In this document: one piece after another, positions 36,646 through 45,885 of the stretch | Layout of the letters: the number at the start of each line of letters is the position of its first letter | Numbering within the stretch: the stretch's first letter is position 1 | Sequence record: MW879344.1 | Reading direction: 5' to 3' (one strand) | DNA: 64,000 nt | Notes under the pieces: generated by a model | Seen by the model: only the letters and a program-made list of their open reading frames with translations | What the model was told of the DNA's origin: nothing | The model's database searches: none | Position numbers and translations under genes: made by a program

Positions 36646-37165
36646 ATCAGATTTTGAACGAATTTATCAAGATTGTGAAACTATTGAAGAATGGAATACC
36701 CGTAGCACACCACTCATCAATGAAATTAAAATGACTTCAACTGAACTTGAGCTTGATGAATTATCATCGTGGTTACGAGTTATGTATCAACGTTTGTCAT
36801 TGAAACAACCAGTACAACATGAATTTTATAAAGAAGTAAATTCTGTAAAAACTTCTTATTGTACTATTCATATGGCTGGTGATTATGATACAGCAGTTTC
36901 ACATGCACGTGAATATACGTTCAATCATGGGGCATGTTTCCAAATCACTAAATGCGATTATGTATATACTGGTGGTAAAGAATCTGGAATTACTGCTCGT
37001 GTATTATGTTATCCTCGCTTCCCAAAAACTGACCGTCAGTTACTTGATGAAGCTAAAGAGTTTGCATTTGGTTTAGCTGAAAAACTTTGTCAAAAGAGCT
37101 TTACAATTGAAACCAGTACTGATACAATATATTTCCAAAGCAATAAGAATTTACATGGGAAATAA
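36632..37165 (+). CDS. Hypothetical protein
   Basis: 177 aa; coupled overlap. Confidence 0.65.
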   Translation: MSVSKSDFERIYQDCETIEEWNTRSTPLINEIKMTSTELELDELSSWLRVMYQRLSLKQPVQHEFYKEVNSVKTSYCTIHMAGDYDTAVSHAREYTFNHGACFQITKCDYVYTGGKESGITARVLCYPRFPKTDRQLLDEAKEFAFGLAEKLCQKSFTIETSTDTIYFQSNKNLHGK

Positions 37166-37166
37166 T

Positions 37167-37301
37167 ATGAAATCAATAGCGATAGTACTTACTGGTGCAG
37201 CCCTATGTGGTGTTGGTGCATATGGTTTTGTGCACAATCTTGATTTATGGGGTGCATGGGTAATTGTTGGTGGTTTAATAGTTTATTCACAGGTTGATTA
37301 A
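37167..37301 (+). CDS. Small membrane protein
   Basis: MKSIAIVLTGAALCGVGAYGF...; start moved to 37167. Confidence 0.5.
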   Translation: MKSIAIVLTGAALCGVGAYGFVHNLDLWGAWVIVGGLIVYSQVD

Positions 37302-37302
37302 T

Positions 37303-37635
37303 ATGAAACGTAAAATTGTAAAACGAAATAAAGCAAAAATGACTTTTTGGATTAATAATCCATTTTGGTATAAAGTAGTTCATCAAAACCGTGAACATTT
37401 TGAACAAACACGGAACCGAAAAAAATATGTTGAAGTTTTTGATCATGTAAATGCGTATCGTATTACTGAACGTAGTGAACGAATTATGGTTCCAATTTTG
37501 ATAACTTCAAAAGTAAAACGTTCACGTATCAAGAATCGTCTTCATGCGTATCGTAGTTTCAAAAATCTTGAAGAAATGAATAACGAATGCGGAACAGCGT
37601 ACACGATTGATGAAATTTATGTCGGATGGCGTTAA
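37303..37635 (+). CDS. Basic hypothetical protein
   Basis: K/R-rich, 110 aa. Confidence 0.55.
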   Translation: MKRKIVKRNKAKMTFWINNPFWYKVVHQNREHFEQTRNRKKYVEVFDHVNAYRITERSERIMVPILITSKVKRSRIKNRLHAYRSFKNLEEMNNECGTAYTIDEIYVGWR

Positions 37636-37642
37636 AAATCAC

Positions 37643-37678
37643 TTGACATAGCTGAATGGGTACGATATTATGTACCCA
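37643..37678 (+). promoter_or_regulatory. Sigma70-type promoter with an inverted repeat around -10
   Basis: TTGACA-N17-TATTAT; tgggtac (37657-37663) / gtaccca (37672-37678). Confidence 0.6.
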
Positions 37679-37700
37679 CATTAAATGAACTGAGAGAAAA

Positions 37701-38960
37701 ATGAAAATGGCAGAACTGATTAAAGAAGGTCGTAAACTGGTTACCATTCGCCGCATTAATGCGATTAACCCGATTCCAAATGCTGATGCAATTGAAGTTG
37801 CAACAGTTGATGGCTGGAATGTTGTCACTAAAAAAGGTGAATTCTCTGAAACCAATTTTTGCGTATTCTTTGAAATTGATTCATTCCTACCAGCAGATAA
37901 CCCAATTTTTGGTTTCCTTCTGCGTAATGGAACCAAAACTGATGAAGCGGGTGTAGAGCGTATTCGCCTCCGTACTGTAAAACTTCGTCAGCAAATTTCT
38001 CAAGGGCTGGCACTTCCTATTGATATTATCAATAAAGATATGATCAATGCATTTGCTGAAGCTATTTGTATTAAAAGTACTGATGATTTTGAACGTTTTT
38101 CTGAAGTACTCCGTACTCTTGAAGAAAGTCGTGATGGTATTGAACAGTTCTTCAATGTAACTAAGTACGAGCGTCCAGATGAGCGACAGGGTGGTGGTGC
38201 GAACCGTGCAAAAACAGCAGGTAACTTCCCTCTGGTAATTCCAAAAACTGATGAAGACCGTGTTCAGAATATTTTTGGAAAATTCAGTCAAACTATGAAG
38301 GGTATTCCATTCCGCAAATCTTTAAAACTTGATGGCTCTAGTCAGACTATTGCATATTTCAATAATCCAGATTTCTTTGTGGATAAAGTTGATGAAGAAG
38401 TTGTAGAATGGAATGAAGAAACCCAAGAACTGACAGTTGTTGAAGTTAAACCATATCCGTTCCAGTGGGAAAGTGCACAGATTGTTGTTTGCTCTCGCAA
38501 CCTTGCATTGAAGTTTGATGAATCTGCGGCATTCTGGAAAGCAGCATTGAAAGATGATATTCCAGCACGTCTTAAAAAGTACTGTGAAGATCATGATCGT
38601 CAGCTTGCATTGCAGGGTGAATGTATGGGACCTGGTATTCAAGGAAACCGTGAAGGTTTATCTGAACATGAGTTCTTCTGCTTCCGTATTTGGGATGTAG
38701 ATGCACAGAATTTCCTTGATGATGCAGAGTTCTTTGAAGTAACTGCTATTCTTGGCATCAATGTTGTTCCACAGGGTGATATTGTATATTTCTTTGATGT
38801 ATACAGTACTATTCAGGAAGCACTTAATAGTGCAGAACATGCAAGTATTGTTCATCCTATTGCAGAAGGTGACGTATACAAAAGTACTGAAAAGGTGAAT
38901 GGACAAACTATCCACTTTAAAGTAATTAACAATAAGTTCCTAATGAAATGTGAAGACTAA
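37701..38960 (+). CDS. RNA ligase, DRB0094/Rnl5-type
   Basis: N-terminal OB-like RKLVTIRRI...IPNADAIEVATVDGWNVV; LKLDGSS (motif I KxDG); LALQGECMG; AEGDVYK; FKVINNKFL. Confidence 0.88.
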   Translation: MKMAELIKEGRKLVTIRRINAINPIPNADAIEVATVDGWNVVTKKGEFSETNFCVFFEIDSFLPADNPIFGFLLRNGTKTDEAGVERIRLRTVKLRQQISQGLALPIDIINKDMINAFAEAICIKSTDDFERFSEVLRTLEESRDGIEQFFNVTKYERPDERQGGGANRAKTAGNFPLVIPKTDEDRVQNIFGKFSQTMKGIPFRKSLKLDGSSQTIAYFNNPDFFVDKVDEEVVEWNEETQELTVVEVKPYPFQWESAQIVVCSRNLALKFDESAAFWKAALKDDIPARLKKYCEDHDRQLALQGECMGPGIQGNREGLSEHEFFCFRIWDVDAQNFLDDAEFFEVTAILGINVVPQGDIVYFFDVYSTIQEALNSAEHASIVHPIAEGDVYKSTEKVNGQTIHFKVINNKFLMKCED

Positions 38961-38969
38961 AATTTGTAC

Positions 38970-38993
38970 AGCAGCTTGAAAAAGCTGCTTTTT
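38970..38993 (+). terminator. Rho-independent terminator
   Basis: agcagctt-gaaa-aagctgct + T run. Confidence 0.8.
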
Positions 38994-39005
38994 AAGTAAA
39001 AAAAA

Positions 39006-39035
39006 TTGAAACGCCACAAAATATTGTGGTATAAT
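39006..39035 (+). promoter_or_regulatory. Promoter, 18-bp-spacer class
   Basis: TTGAAAC...TGGTATAAT. Confidence 0.65.
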
Positions 39036-39042
39036 ATACGAC

Positions 39043-39330
39043 ATGGAGAAGGTGCTTATGACTAAGCAAGAATATCTAGCCAATCTACAGGTTGGTGATG
39101 TAGTGAAACGTGGTATGCATGGTGCGGGTTTTATCACCGATGGTGAAGATGCCGAGATTGTTCATATCAATGAATCTACCATTTGGGTTGATGAATCTAT
39201 GGAAGAAGCCAGTGATTATAAGCGTGACAGTGTATATGCATATGATCGCCGGACAGGAAAACAAACAGAGTCAACGTTTGGGTTCTTTAAAACCATTGAA
39301 TTGCCTGATTGGGAAGCACCTGATCAATAA
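39043..39330 (+). CDS. Hypothetical protein
   Basis: 95 aa; the start may be the downstream ATG (MTKQE). Confidence 0.55.
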   Translation: MEKVLMTKQEYLANLQVGDVVKRGMHGAGFITDGEDAEIVHINESTIWVDESMEEASDYKRDSVYAYDRRTGKQTESTFGFFKTIELPDWEAPDQ

Positions 39331-39382
39331 GAGTTAAGAAGTGAGTCAACAAAAATTTAATCCATTTCTGAGGAAAACAAAT

Positions 39383-40909
39383 ATGTCAGCATTTAAAAAC
39401 GCAGTAAACAACATGAATACACCAGCATCAAGCAACCGTTCTACAACTGCCAACGGTGGTGCTTCATTGAAAAGTTCATTAAATCCACTTGTGGATATGT
39501 TCTTCATGATCGGTTCTCTACGTAACAAAGACCTTGGTCAGTACAAAGCACAGTTCGACGCTGCGTATACAGCTAACCCAACGTTAGCTCTACAAATGAT
39601 TCTTTGGGCACGTGATGTTCGTGGTGGTGCAGGTGAACGTAATACACCACGTGAACTTTTGAAGTATTTGGAAGTTAAACATCCAGAAGATGTTCTACGT
39701 GTAATTCCAGTACTTGCAGAATTCGGTCGTTGGGATGATCTGTTGATCTTTAAAACTAAAGCTGCGAAAGCAGTTGCTTATGAAAAGATTGCAGAAGCTT
39801 TAAAAACTGGCAACGGTCTTTGTGCAAAATGGATGCCACGCATCTATAAATTCAAGAAGAATGCACAAGGTGTGGTTAATATGTCTAGTACTGCTAACCA
39901 AAACCGTGCTGCGAACAACAAAATTGCACGTGAACTAATGTCTGTAATGGGTATTAATGAACGTCAGTACCGTAAACTTCTATCATCTATGAGCAACACT
40001 GTTGAACAGAAGATGTGTGCGAATGAATGGGAAGCAATTGACTATAACAAACTACCATCGGTAGCAAGTTCTCGTTATTTGCCAGCTTTCATGAAACACG
40101 ACGAAGGTCGTTACCGTGATTACTTAGCTTCTCTTGAAAAAGGCGAAGGTAAGGTTAACGCAGCCACGTTGTTCCCATACGATGTATTGAAGAATTTGGT
40201 AACTCGTTATGGTACTACCACAGCAGAACAGACTCGTCTAGGTATTGCACAGTGGGATGCATTGAACAATCTAATGGGTGATAACCGTATTCTACCAATG
40301 GTAGATACATCTGGCTCAATGGGTGTGGGTATCGCTGGTACTTCACTAACTGTTCAAGATGTAGCAGTATCACTTGGCTTGTATGTAAGTACAAAACAAA
40401 CTGGTGCTTTCAAGGATATGTGGTTGAACTTTAGTACCCGTCCAAAATTGAAAGTACTTCCACGTGGAGATATTAGTGTAAAAGCTAATGACTTGTACCG
40501 CAATCACGGTTCCGATTGGGATGGTAGTACAAACGTTGAAGCAGCATTTGATCTAGTATTGAGTACTGCGGTGAAGCAAAACGTTCCACAGGATGAAATG
40601 CCAAAAGTTCTAATGATCTTCAGTGACATGGAATTTAATGGTAGTGGTGGTCGTAACTGGAACAAAACAGCGTTCCAAACGGCTAAACAGAAGTTTGAAC
40701 GTGCTGGTTATGAGCTACCAATGGTAGTGTTCTGGAACCTAAACGCACGTGCTAACAACAATCCAGTTCGTTTCGATGAAGCTGGAACGGCGTTGGTAAG
40801 CGGTTTCAGTCCTAATGTAATTCCTGCGATTCTAAGCGGCAACGCAGTTGATCCAGTGAGTATTATGTTAGCTGCAATCGACACTCCACGCTACCGCGTG
40901 TTGGGTTAA
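39383..40909 (+). CDS. DUF2828-family protein (TROVE/Ro60-like helical domain + C-terminal vWA)
   Basis: WARDVRGGAGER, FGRWDDLL, AKWMPR, VEQKMCANEW..IDY..LPSVA, MVDTSGSM (MIDAS DxSxS), GSTN, IFSDMEF, FWNL, VSGFS; start moved to ATG 39383. Confidence 0.8.
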   Translation: MSAFKNAVNNMNTPASSNRSTTANGGASLKSSLNPLVDMFFMIGSLRNKDLGQYKAQFDAAYTANPTLALQMILWARDVRGGAGERNTPRELLKYLEVKHPEDVLRVIPVLAEFGRWDDLLIFKTKAAKAVAYEKIAEALKTGNGLCAKWMPRIYKFKKNAQGVVNMSSTANQNRAANNKIARELMSVMGINERQYRKLLSSMSNTVEQKMCANEWEAIDYNKLPSVASSRYLPAFMKHDEGRYRDYLASLEKGEGKVNAATLFPYDVLKNLVTRYGTTTAEQTRLGIAQWDALNNLMGDNRILPMVDTSGSMGVGIAGTSLTVQDVAVSLGLYVSTKQTGAFKDMWLNFSTRPKLKVLPRGDISVKANDLYRNHGSDWDGSTNVEAAFDLVLSTAVKQNVPQDEMPKVLMIFSDMEFNGSGGRNWNKTAFQTAKQKFERAGYELPMVVFWNLNARANNNPVRFDEAGTALVSGFSPNVIPAILSGNAVDPVSIMLAAIDTPRYRVLG

Positions 40910-40915
40910 TACCCC

Positions 40916-40945
40916 AAAAGCCTCACCTTCGGGTGGGGCTTTTTT
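40916..40945 (+). terminator. Rho-independent terminator
   Basis: aaaagcctcacc-ttcg-ggtggggctttt, cUUCGg loop. Confidence 0.9.
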
Positions 40946-40962
40946 ATTATAAGGATATAATT

Positions 40963-41178
40963 ATGAAAACGTTTGAAGAATGGAAAATGCATTTTGCATA
41001 TCATTTTACTAACTTCCTAGTTAGTATTGATACACCAGAAGAACATTGGTTCAGTACTATTCAGGGTGAAATATCACCGTGGGAAGATGAAAAAGATTCA
41101 GAAAATCCTATGTTGGATTGGAAGAATACTCCCCCTAAAGAAGCAGTAAAAGAAGCAATTAGCTATTGGGAAGAATGA
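40963..41178 (+). CDS. Hypothetical protein
   Basis: SD aagga; start moved to 40963. Confidence 0.6.
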   Translation: MKTFEEWKMHFAYHFTNFLVSIDTPEEHWFSTIQGEISPWEDEKDSENPMLDWKNTPPKEAVKEAISYWEE

Positions 41179-41179
41179 T

Positions 41180-41320
41180 ATGAAATCAATTAGAAATAAC
41201 CTATTTGGTGCAGTACTCATGTACAAAGCATCCTTCACAGTAAATCCTATTTTAACAACAATCGGTACTGGTATTGTAGTATCTTTTGTTTATTCTGTTT
41301 CTAAAATCTTCGGCCTATAA
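41180..41320 (+). CDS. Small membrane protein (46 aa, not in ORF track)
   Basis: Hydrophobic ORF directly after the previous stop. Confidence 0.4.
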   Translation: MKSIRNNLFGAVLMYKASFTVNPILTTIGTGIVVSFVYSVSKIFGL

Positions 41321-41324
41321 AAAT

Positions 41325-41353
41325 TTGACAACAGTGTAGTATTGTGCTATACT
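41325..41353 (+). promoter_or_regulatory. Sigma70-type promoter
   Basis: TTGACA-N17-TATACT with TGn; spacer and -10 form an inverted repeat aacagtgtagt/gctatactgtt. Confidence 0.7.
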
Positions 41354-41381
41354 GTTTTCTATTATTGAAATGAGGTGCATC

Positions 41382-41807
41382 ATGACTACTGAATATATTG
41401 AAATTCAGGGGTATCTAGAATACGACCCTGACCGACAAGATATGAAAAGTCGCACTCAGTATTGGTGTGTCCTCCAACTACCGAATGATCTGGTTCGATA
41501 CTATCAGTACTTTGTGCGTAAAGAAAAACACGTTGAAATGCAAATGCCAGCGTGGGGTGCTCACGTAAGTATTATTCGTGGTGAAAAACCCGATGATGAG
41601 CACATACACTTGTGGAAGAAATATCACAAGCAAAAATTCACTATACGATTCAATCCGTATATTGATCAAATAAAAGATAAAAAACAACCAGGTTCTTTCT
41701 ATGTAATTAACTTTGAATCACCAGAGTTGATGCAAATCCGTGCAGAATTGGGATTGCCAGTACATAGAGATTTCCACTTAACCATAGGTCGTACTTACTA
41801 TGACTAA
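41382..41807 (+). CDS. 2H phosphoesterase
   Basis: Two HxS/T motifs: AHVSI and FHLTI; SD gaggtg. Confidence 0.75.
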   Translation: MTTEYIEIQGYLEYDPDRQDMKSRTQYWCVLQLPNDLVRYYQYFVRKEKHVEMQMPAWGAHVSIIRGEKPDDEHIHLWKKYHKQKFTIRFNPYIDQIKDKKQPGSFYVINFESPELMQIRAELGLPVHRDFHLTIGRTYYD

Positions 41808-42372
41808 TATGAAGTACAAGATTAGAAATAAAAAAACATTTCTATACATAGATGATATATATTCAGATGGGGATAGATCATCTATGTATGGAAGGATTTT
41901 TGATAGTCATTCAACTGCTCAACAATTTTTATATGAAAGGCAACATGAGTTATTTGAAATGAATCAATATCTTGATATTTCAAATTATACAATAGATGAA
42001 TATCACTTATCACTTTCTAGATCTATTGCAATTTATAATACAGTTGAAGAACATATTATGAATTCTCCTGATAACGAAGGAAATGTTAAAAAAGTTAAAG
42101 CAATGTTACATCAATGTATATTGCATGGTTTTTCTTGTATTAGCACACCGTTTTTTGATTTTCTCTTGACTTCAGATAAATATGAGCCTATACTGTTAGA
42201 ACTTGTCCCGCCCCATATACTTCACAGTGTGAATGACTTTATGGATGTTGGGATAATGGAATGTGACCTTGATGAATTAGGTGCAATTTCCTTGACAGCA
42301 ACGACTGAACAGATTAAAATGAATCAAATAGTTGAGATTTTAAGAGCTAGGTCAGAAAAAGTTTCTAAGTAG
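41800..42372 (+). CDS. Hypothetical protein
   Basis: 190 aa; coupled overlap. Confidence 0.6.
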   Translation: MTNMKYKIRNKKTFLYIDDIYSDGDRSSMYGRIFDSHSTAQQFLYERQHELFEMNQYLDISNYTIDEYHLSLSRSIAIYNTVEEHIMNSPDNEGNVKKVKAMLHQCILHGFSCISTPFFDFLLTSDKYEPILLELVPPHILHSVNDFMDVGIMECDLDELGAISLTATTEQIKMNQIVEILRARSEKVSK

Positions 42373-42480
42373 TATTCGTACTATTGTAGAAAGTCCAAAG
42401 CGACTTTGTGCATAAGGCTTTGGGCAATCCAAATGTTTCCTTATTGCATGAGTCTAACAAAATGTATATAAGGAGGAATT

Positions 42481-43416
42481 TTGTATAAAGCGATACAAGA
42501 ACTCAAGACTCGTGCTGGACGTATGAAATACGTTTTAGTAGGTTTTCTGTTGCTTGCCGCTGCATTTGGATTTATTGGTTATAACTCACATGATCGTACT
42601 ACATCATTAGTTTCTCAGGAAGCAGTAGTGCAACAATATGAACCACAAGTTACAATTCAAAAGCAACCGCCAGTTATTATTCAAATTGAAGAACCAACTG
42701 CAAGCAGAGAACAATACAAAGTACTTAACGGTGATAGTCTATGGACAATATCATCAAAAATTAAACCACAAAATGTCGAACTTAATGACTATGTGAAAAC
42801 ATTAAAAGTGATTAATGCGGGTGTAACATTACATCCTGGTACAATGTTTGAAATCCCATCAGCAGAAGATTTAAAGGATGTAGCACTTCCTGAAATCGAA
42901 ATTAAAATCGATACAAGGGATGAATTAATTATAGCACACCTTAAAAATTCTGAAGGTACAAGTGAATCGCAAGCTGTATTAAAACGGCGTTTACTTGGCG
43001 GTAAAGTTGGACCATCTTTCAAAAATGGTAAATTCTATCCATACCGTGACAGTACTGGTCATTTTACGATTGGTTATGGTCATTATCTTGGAAAGAGTGA
43101 TAGTGCTGCAATGAAGTACAAAAATGGCATCACTAAGCGTCAAGCTCACGATATGTTAATAATGGATATGGAAAGAACTATGGGTGATTTCGTCCTGTTA
43201 TTACAACGTAAACGTGCAGTAGATTTAACTGTTGAGCAACAACGTATACTTTATGAAATGGCATATACTATGGGATGCGATAAATTAGCACGTTTTAATA
43301 AAATGTGGAAAAGTGTAGAACATAGTAATCCTCATAAATTCAAAAAAGAAATTAAAAGCTCACTATGGTATAGTCAGGTCGGAAATCGGGCTGAAATATT
43401 ATTGAGTAGCATTTAA
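42481..43416 (+). CDS. Membrane-anchored LysM + T4-lysozyme-like muramidase
   Basis: TM helix; LysM YKVLNGDSLWTIS...LHPGTMFEIP; catalytic E..(FYPY.D.TG..TIGYGH); SWYSQVGNRA; TTG start after SD aggagg. Confidence 0.75.
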   Translation: MYKAIQELKTRAGRMKYVLVGFLLLAAAFGFIGYNSHDRTTSLVSQEAVVQQYEPQVTIQKQPPVIIQIEEPTASREQYKVLNGDSLWTISSKIKPQNVELNDYVKTLKVINAGVTLHPGTMFEIPSAEDLKDVALPEIEIKIDTRDELIIAHLKNSEGTSESQAVLKRRLLGGKVGPSFKNGKFYPYRDSTGHFTIGYGHYLGKSDSAAMKYKNGITKRQAHDMLIMDMERTMGDFVLLLQRKRAVDLTVEQQRILYEMAYTMGCDKLARFNKMWKSVEHSNPHKFKKEIKSSLWYSQVGNRAEILLSSI

Positions 43417-43435
43417 TATAAAAAGGAGTACTTTT

Positions 43436-43783
43436 ATGATTAATCATACAATAGCATATAATGATCGTATTGGAGTATCTGAAGAACTTGAATTCCATAC
43501 TTTTGATGAATTTGAAAAATTGGAAAAATTTATTGGGGAAACACCAGTAGATTTTCGTACATCGTTCTCAAAAGATGGTGATAAGTTTAAAGCACATTCT
43601 CATGGTCATTTTGAAGGTGTAGACTATATTGCTACTGCATCTACTGATGATATGTATAAAAGTATTGATCTTCTTGTTGAAAAACTTGAAGCACAACTAC
43701 GGAAAGAAAAGGGCAAACGTACTAGTATTGTTCGTGATACTTTGATTGCCGAATCTGATGAAGATGAAGAAATCGAAGATTAA
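43436..43783 (+). CDS. Ribosome hibernation promoting factor-like (HPF/RaiA)
   Basis: ATASTDDMYKSIDLLVEKLEAQLRKEKGK. Confidence 0.75.
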   Translation: MINHTIAYNDRIGVSEELEFHTFDEFEKLEKFIGETPVDFRTSFSKDGDKFKAHSHGHFEGVDYIATASTDDMYKSIDLLVEKLEAQLRKEKGKRTSIVRDTLIAESDEDEEIED

Positions 43784-43787
43784 TCCC

Positions 43788-43816
43788 TTGACAGCACTAA
43801 CTTAATGTGCTAAATT
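43788..43816 (+). promoter_or_regulatory. Sigma70-type promoter
   Basis: TTGACA-N17-TAAATT with TGn. Confidence 0.55.
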
Positions 43817-43820
43817 ATAT

Positions 43821-43848
43821 GGACAGGCAGAGATGCTTGTCCTTTTTT
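43821..43848 (+). terminator. Rho-independent terminator
   Basis: ggacaggca-gaga-tgcttgtcc + T run. Confidence 0.8.
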
Positions 43849-43867
43849 CGTTTTAATTGAGGTTTTT

Positions 43868-44251
43868 ATGTGGAATATTGAAGATATAAACATATTCACC
43901 AACAACTCATTAGATAAATTCTATGCAGAATGTAATGGGTATCGTGCAGAATTAGCTAAAGGTAAAATAAAACAATTACTTCTTGCAAAAACTGAATATG
44001 ATTTGTATACTAGTTTAAAAGATGCTGTGTTTCGTCATGGCGTTTGTGTAAAAGAGGTTAATATGTCAATGATGCTGGATGAATATATGGGATGGGACGA
44101 TAATACAACTTTCTCATCCATTAAAATTTCTGAATACAGCACACAACGTGCAGAAGAAATAAAACGTAATTTTAAGTTGGGACAGAACCGAAAAGAATTA
44201 AATTCTAATTTTTGGGGTTCTCTAATCGTTGAAGATATATTGGAAGGTTAA
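43868..44251 (+). CDS. Hypothetical protein
   Basis: SD gagg; 127 aa. Confidence 0.65.
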   Translation: MWNIEDINIFTNNSLDKFYAECNGYRAELAKGKIKQLLLAKTEYDLYTSLKDAVFRHGVCVKEVNMSMMLDEYMGWDDNTTFSSIKISEYSTQRAEEIKRNFKLGQNRKELNSNFWGSLIVEDILEG

Positions 44252-44253
44252 AA

Positions 44254-45366
44254 ATGAAAAAATACATTGTAGGTGGTTTTGTACGCGATAAACTTCTTGG
44301 TCTTCAACCTAAAGATAAAGACTATGTACTTGTCGGAGCTAAACCGAAAGATATTGAATACCTAACTGGTATTGGTTATAAACAAGTTGGTGCCGATTTC
44401 CCTGTGTTCTTGTCTCCAGATGGTGATGAATATGCACTAGCTCGTATTGAACGAAAAACTGGTACTGGTTATGATGGATTTACTGTTCAAACTCAAGGTG
44501 TTACTCTTGAGCAAGATTTGTATCGTCGTGACCTTACCATTAATGCTATTGCATGGGACCCAATTACTAAGACTCATGTTGATCCATATAATGGTAAAGT
44601 AGATTTGCAGAACAAAGTACTAAAGCATGTATCTGAAGCATTTAAAGAAGATCCACTTCGTGTACTACGTCTTGCACGTTTTGCCGCACGTTATAGTACT
44701 TTCACTATACACGCAGATACTAATGTTATGGTAAAAGAAATGGTTAAGAATGGTGAAATAAATCATTTGACCAAAGAGCGTGTATATATTGAATTTGAAA
44801 AAGCACTATCTGAAGAAAAGCCTAGTATCTTTTTCAAGTACTTGAAAGATATTGGTGCGTTAAAAGTATTACTTCCAACATTCGAAGCTACGAATAAGGA
44901 ATTGGAACTTATTGATCATATTGCAATGAACAGTACTGAACAGTACCGTGAAGAATTCATTTGGTCTGTAATTTTGTCAAAAGCTACTCCTACAAAAGAT
45001 TATGTTGTTGGTGGGATAAAACTACCTGCACGTTTTGTTAAGTTCAGCAACTTTGTCAAATTGCATTCAGATGGTTTGATTAAATTCAGGAAGAAAAAAC
45101 CTGAAGGTATGGTTGAACTATTCACTGCAATGAATGTCAAAAACAACGGTGGTGAGGAATTCTTGTATAAAGTGGTAGAGTACTTTATCATTCGCCGTGA
45201 AATTGATATTGAGTTGGAAGATTTGATCATGAAAGTATATGATAAGTTCTATGATGCACCTGTTGGTAACATTGAAGAAATGGTAAAAACTGGTGCATTG
45301 GAGGCAGCCAATATCCGTACTCACATCAAGACAATTCAGGTTGATGAAATTAAGAAAATGTTCTGA
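44254..45366 (+). CDS. cca: tRNA nucleotidyltransferase (CCA-adding enzyme, class II)
   Basis: YIVGGFVRDKLLG...DKDYV, VGADFPVFL, EYALARIERK, DLYRRDLTINA, EDPLRVLRLARFAAR; no HD domain evident. Confidence 0.92.
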   Translation: MKKYIVGGFVRDKLLGLQPKDKDYVLVGAKPKDIEYLTGIGYKQVGADFPVFLSPDGDEYALARIERKTGTGYDGFTVQTQGVTLEQDLYRRDLTINAIAWDPITKTHVDPYNGKVDLQNKVLKHVSEAFKEDPLRVLRLARFAARYSTFTIHADTNVMVKEMVKNGEINHLTKERVYIEFEKALSEEKPSIFFKYLKDIGALKVLLPTFEATNKELELIDHIAMNSTEQYREEFIWSVILSKATPTKDYVVGGIKLPARFVKFSNFVKLHSDGLIKFRKKKPEGMVELFTAMNVKNNGGEEFLYKVVEYFIIRREIDIELEDLIMKVYDKFYDAPVGNIEEMVKTGALEAANIRTHIKTIQVDEIKKMF

Positions 45367-45371
45367 TAAAT

Positions 45372-45401
45372 TTGGAACAACTTTAAAAAATATGGTATAC
45401 T
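45372..45401 (+). promoter_or_regulatory. Promoter, 18-bp-spacer class
   Basis: TTGGAAC...TGGTATACT. Confidence 0.55.
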
Positions 45402-45435
45402 ATAAGTATCTGATAATTTTAGTGAGAAAGTTATT

Positions 45436-45861
45436 ATGCGTCATACGTGTGGGATAATTTTTTATCGTGATGGTCAGATACTTATAGGACATACAACAGG
45501 TCAGGAACATTGGGATTTACCTAAAGGTAAAACTGAAGAAGGTGAAAGCTATAAAGAAGCTGCTGTTCGGGAATGTTATGAAGAAACTGGTTATGAAATC
45601 TCCGAGGATGATTTATTATTAATTGGAGAAGTCGCTTACCGTAAAGGAAAGCGTTTAGTACTATTCTTTTATACTGCACGAGATAAACCAGATTCTGAAA
45701 AGTTGGAATGTATTAGTACATATACGAATCGTTATGGTCAAGAAAAACCAGAACTAGATAAGTTCATGTATATTGACGTAGAAGATTGTCAAATGTACTT
45801 AACAGAACGTATGTGTAACAGTATAATAAAGGCTGTCACGCAATTTGTAGAAAGTAATTAA
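45436..45861 (+). CDS. Nudix hydrolase
   Basis: PKGKTEEGESYKEAAVRECYEETG Nudix box. Confidence 0.9.
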   Translation: MRHTCGIIFYRDGQILIGHTTGQEHWDLPKGKTEEGESYKEAAVRECYEETGYEISEDDLLLIGEVAYRKGKRLVLFFYTARDKPDSEKLECISTYTNRYGQEKPELDKFMYIDVEDCQMYLTERMCNSIIKAVTQFVESN

Positions 45862-45885
45862 AAAAAAACATAATAAGGGAATATT

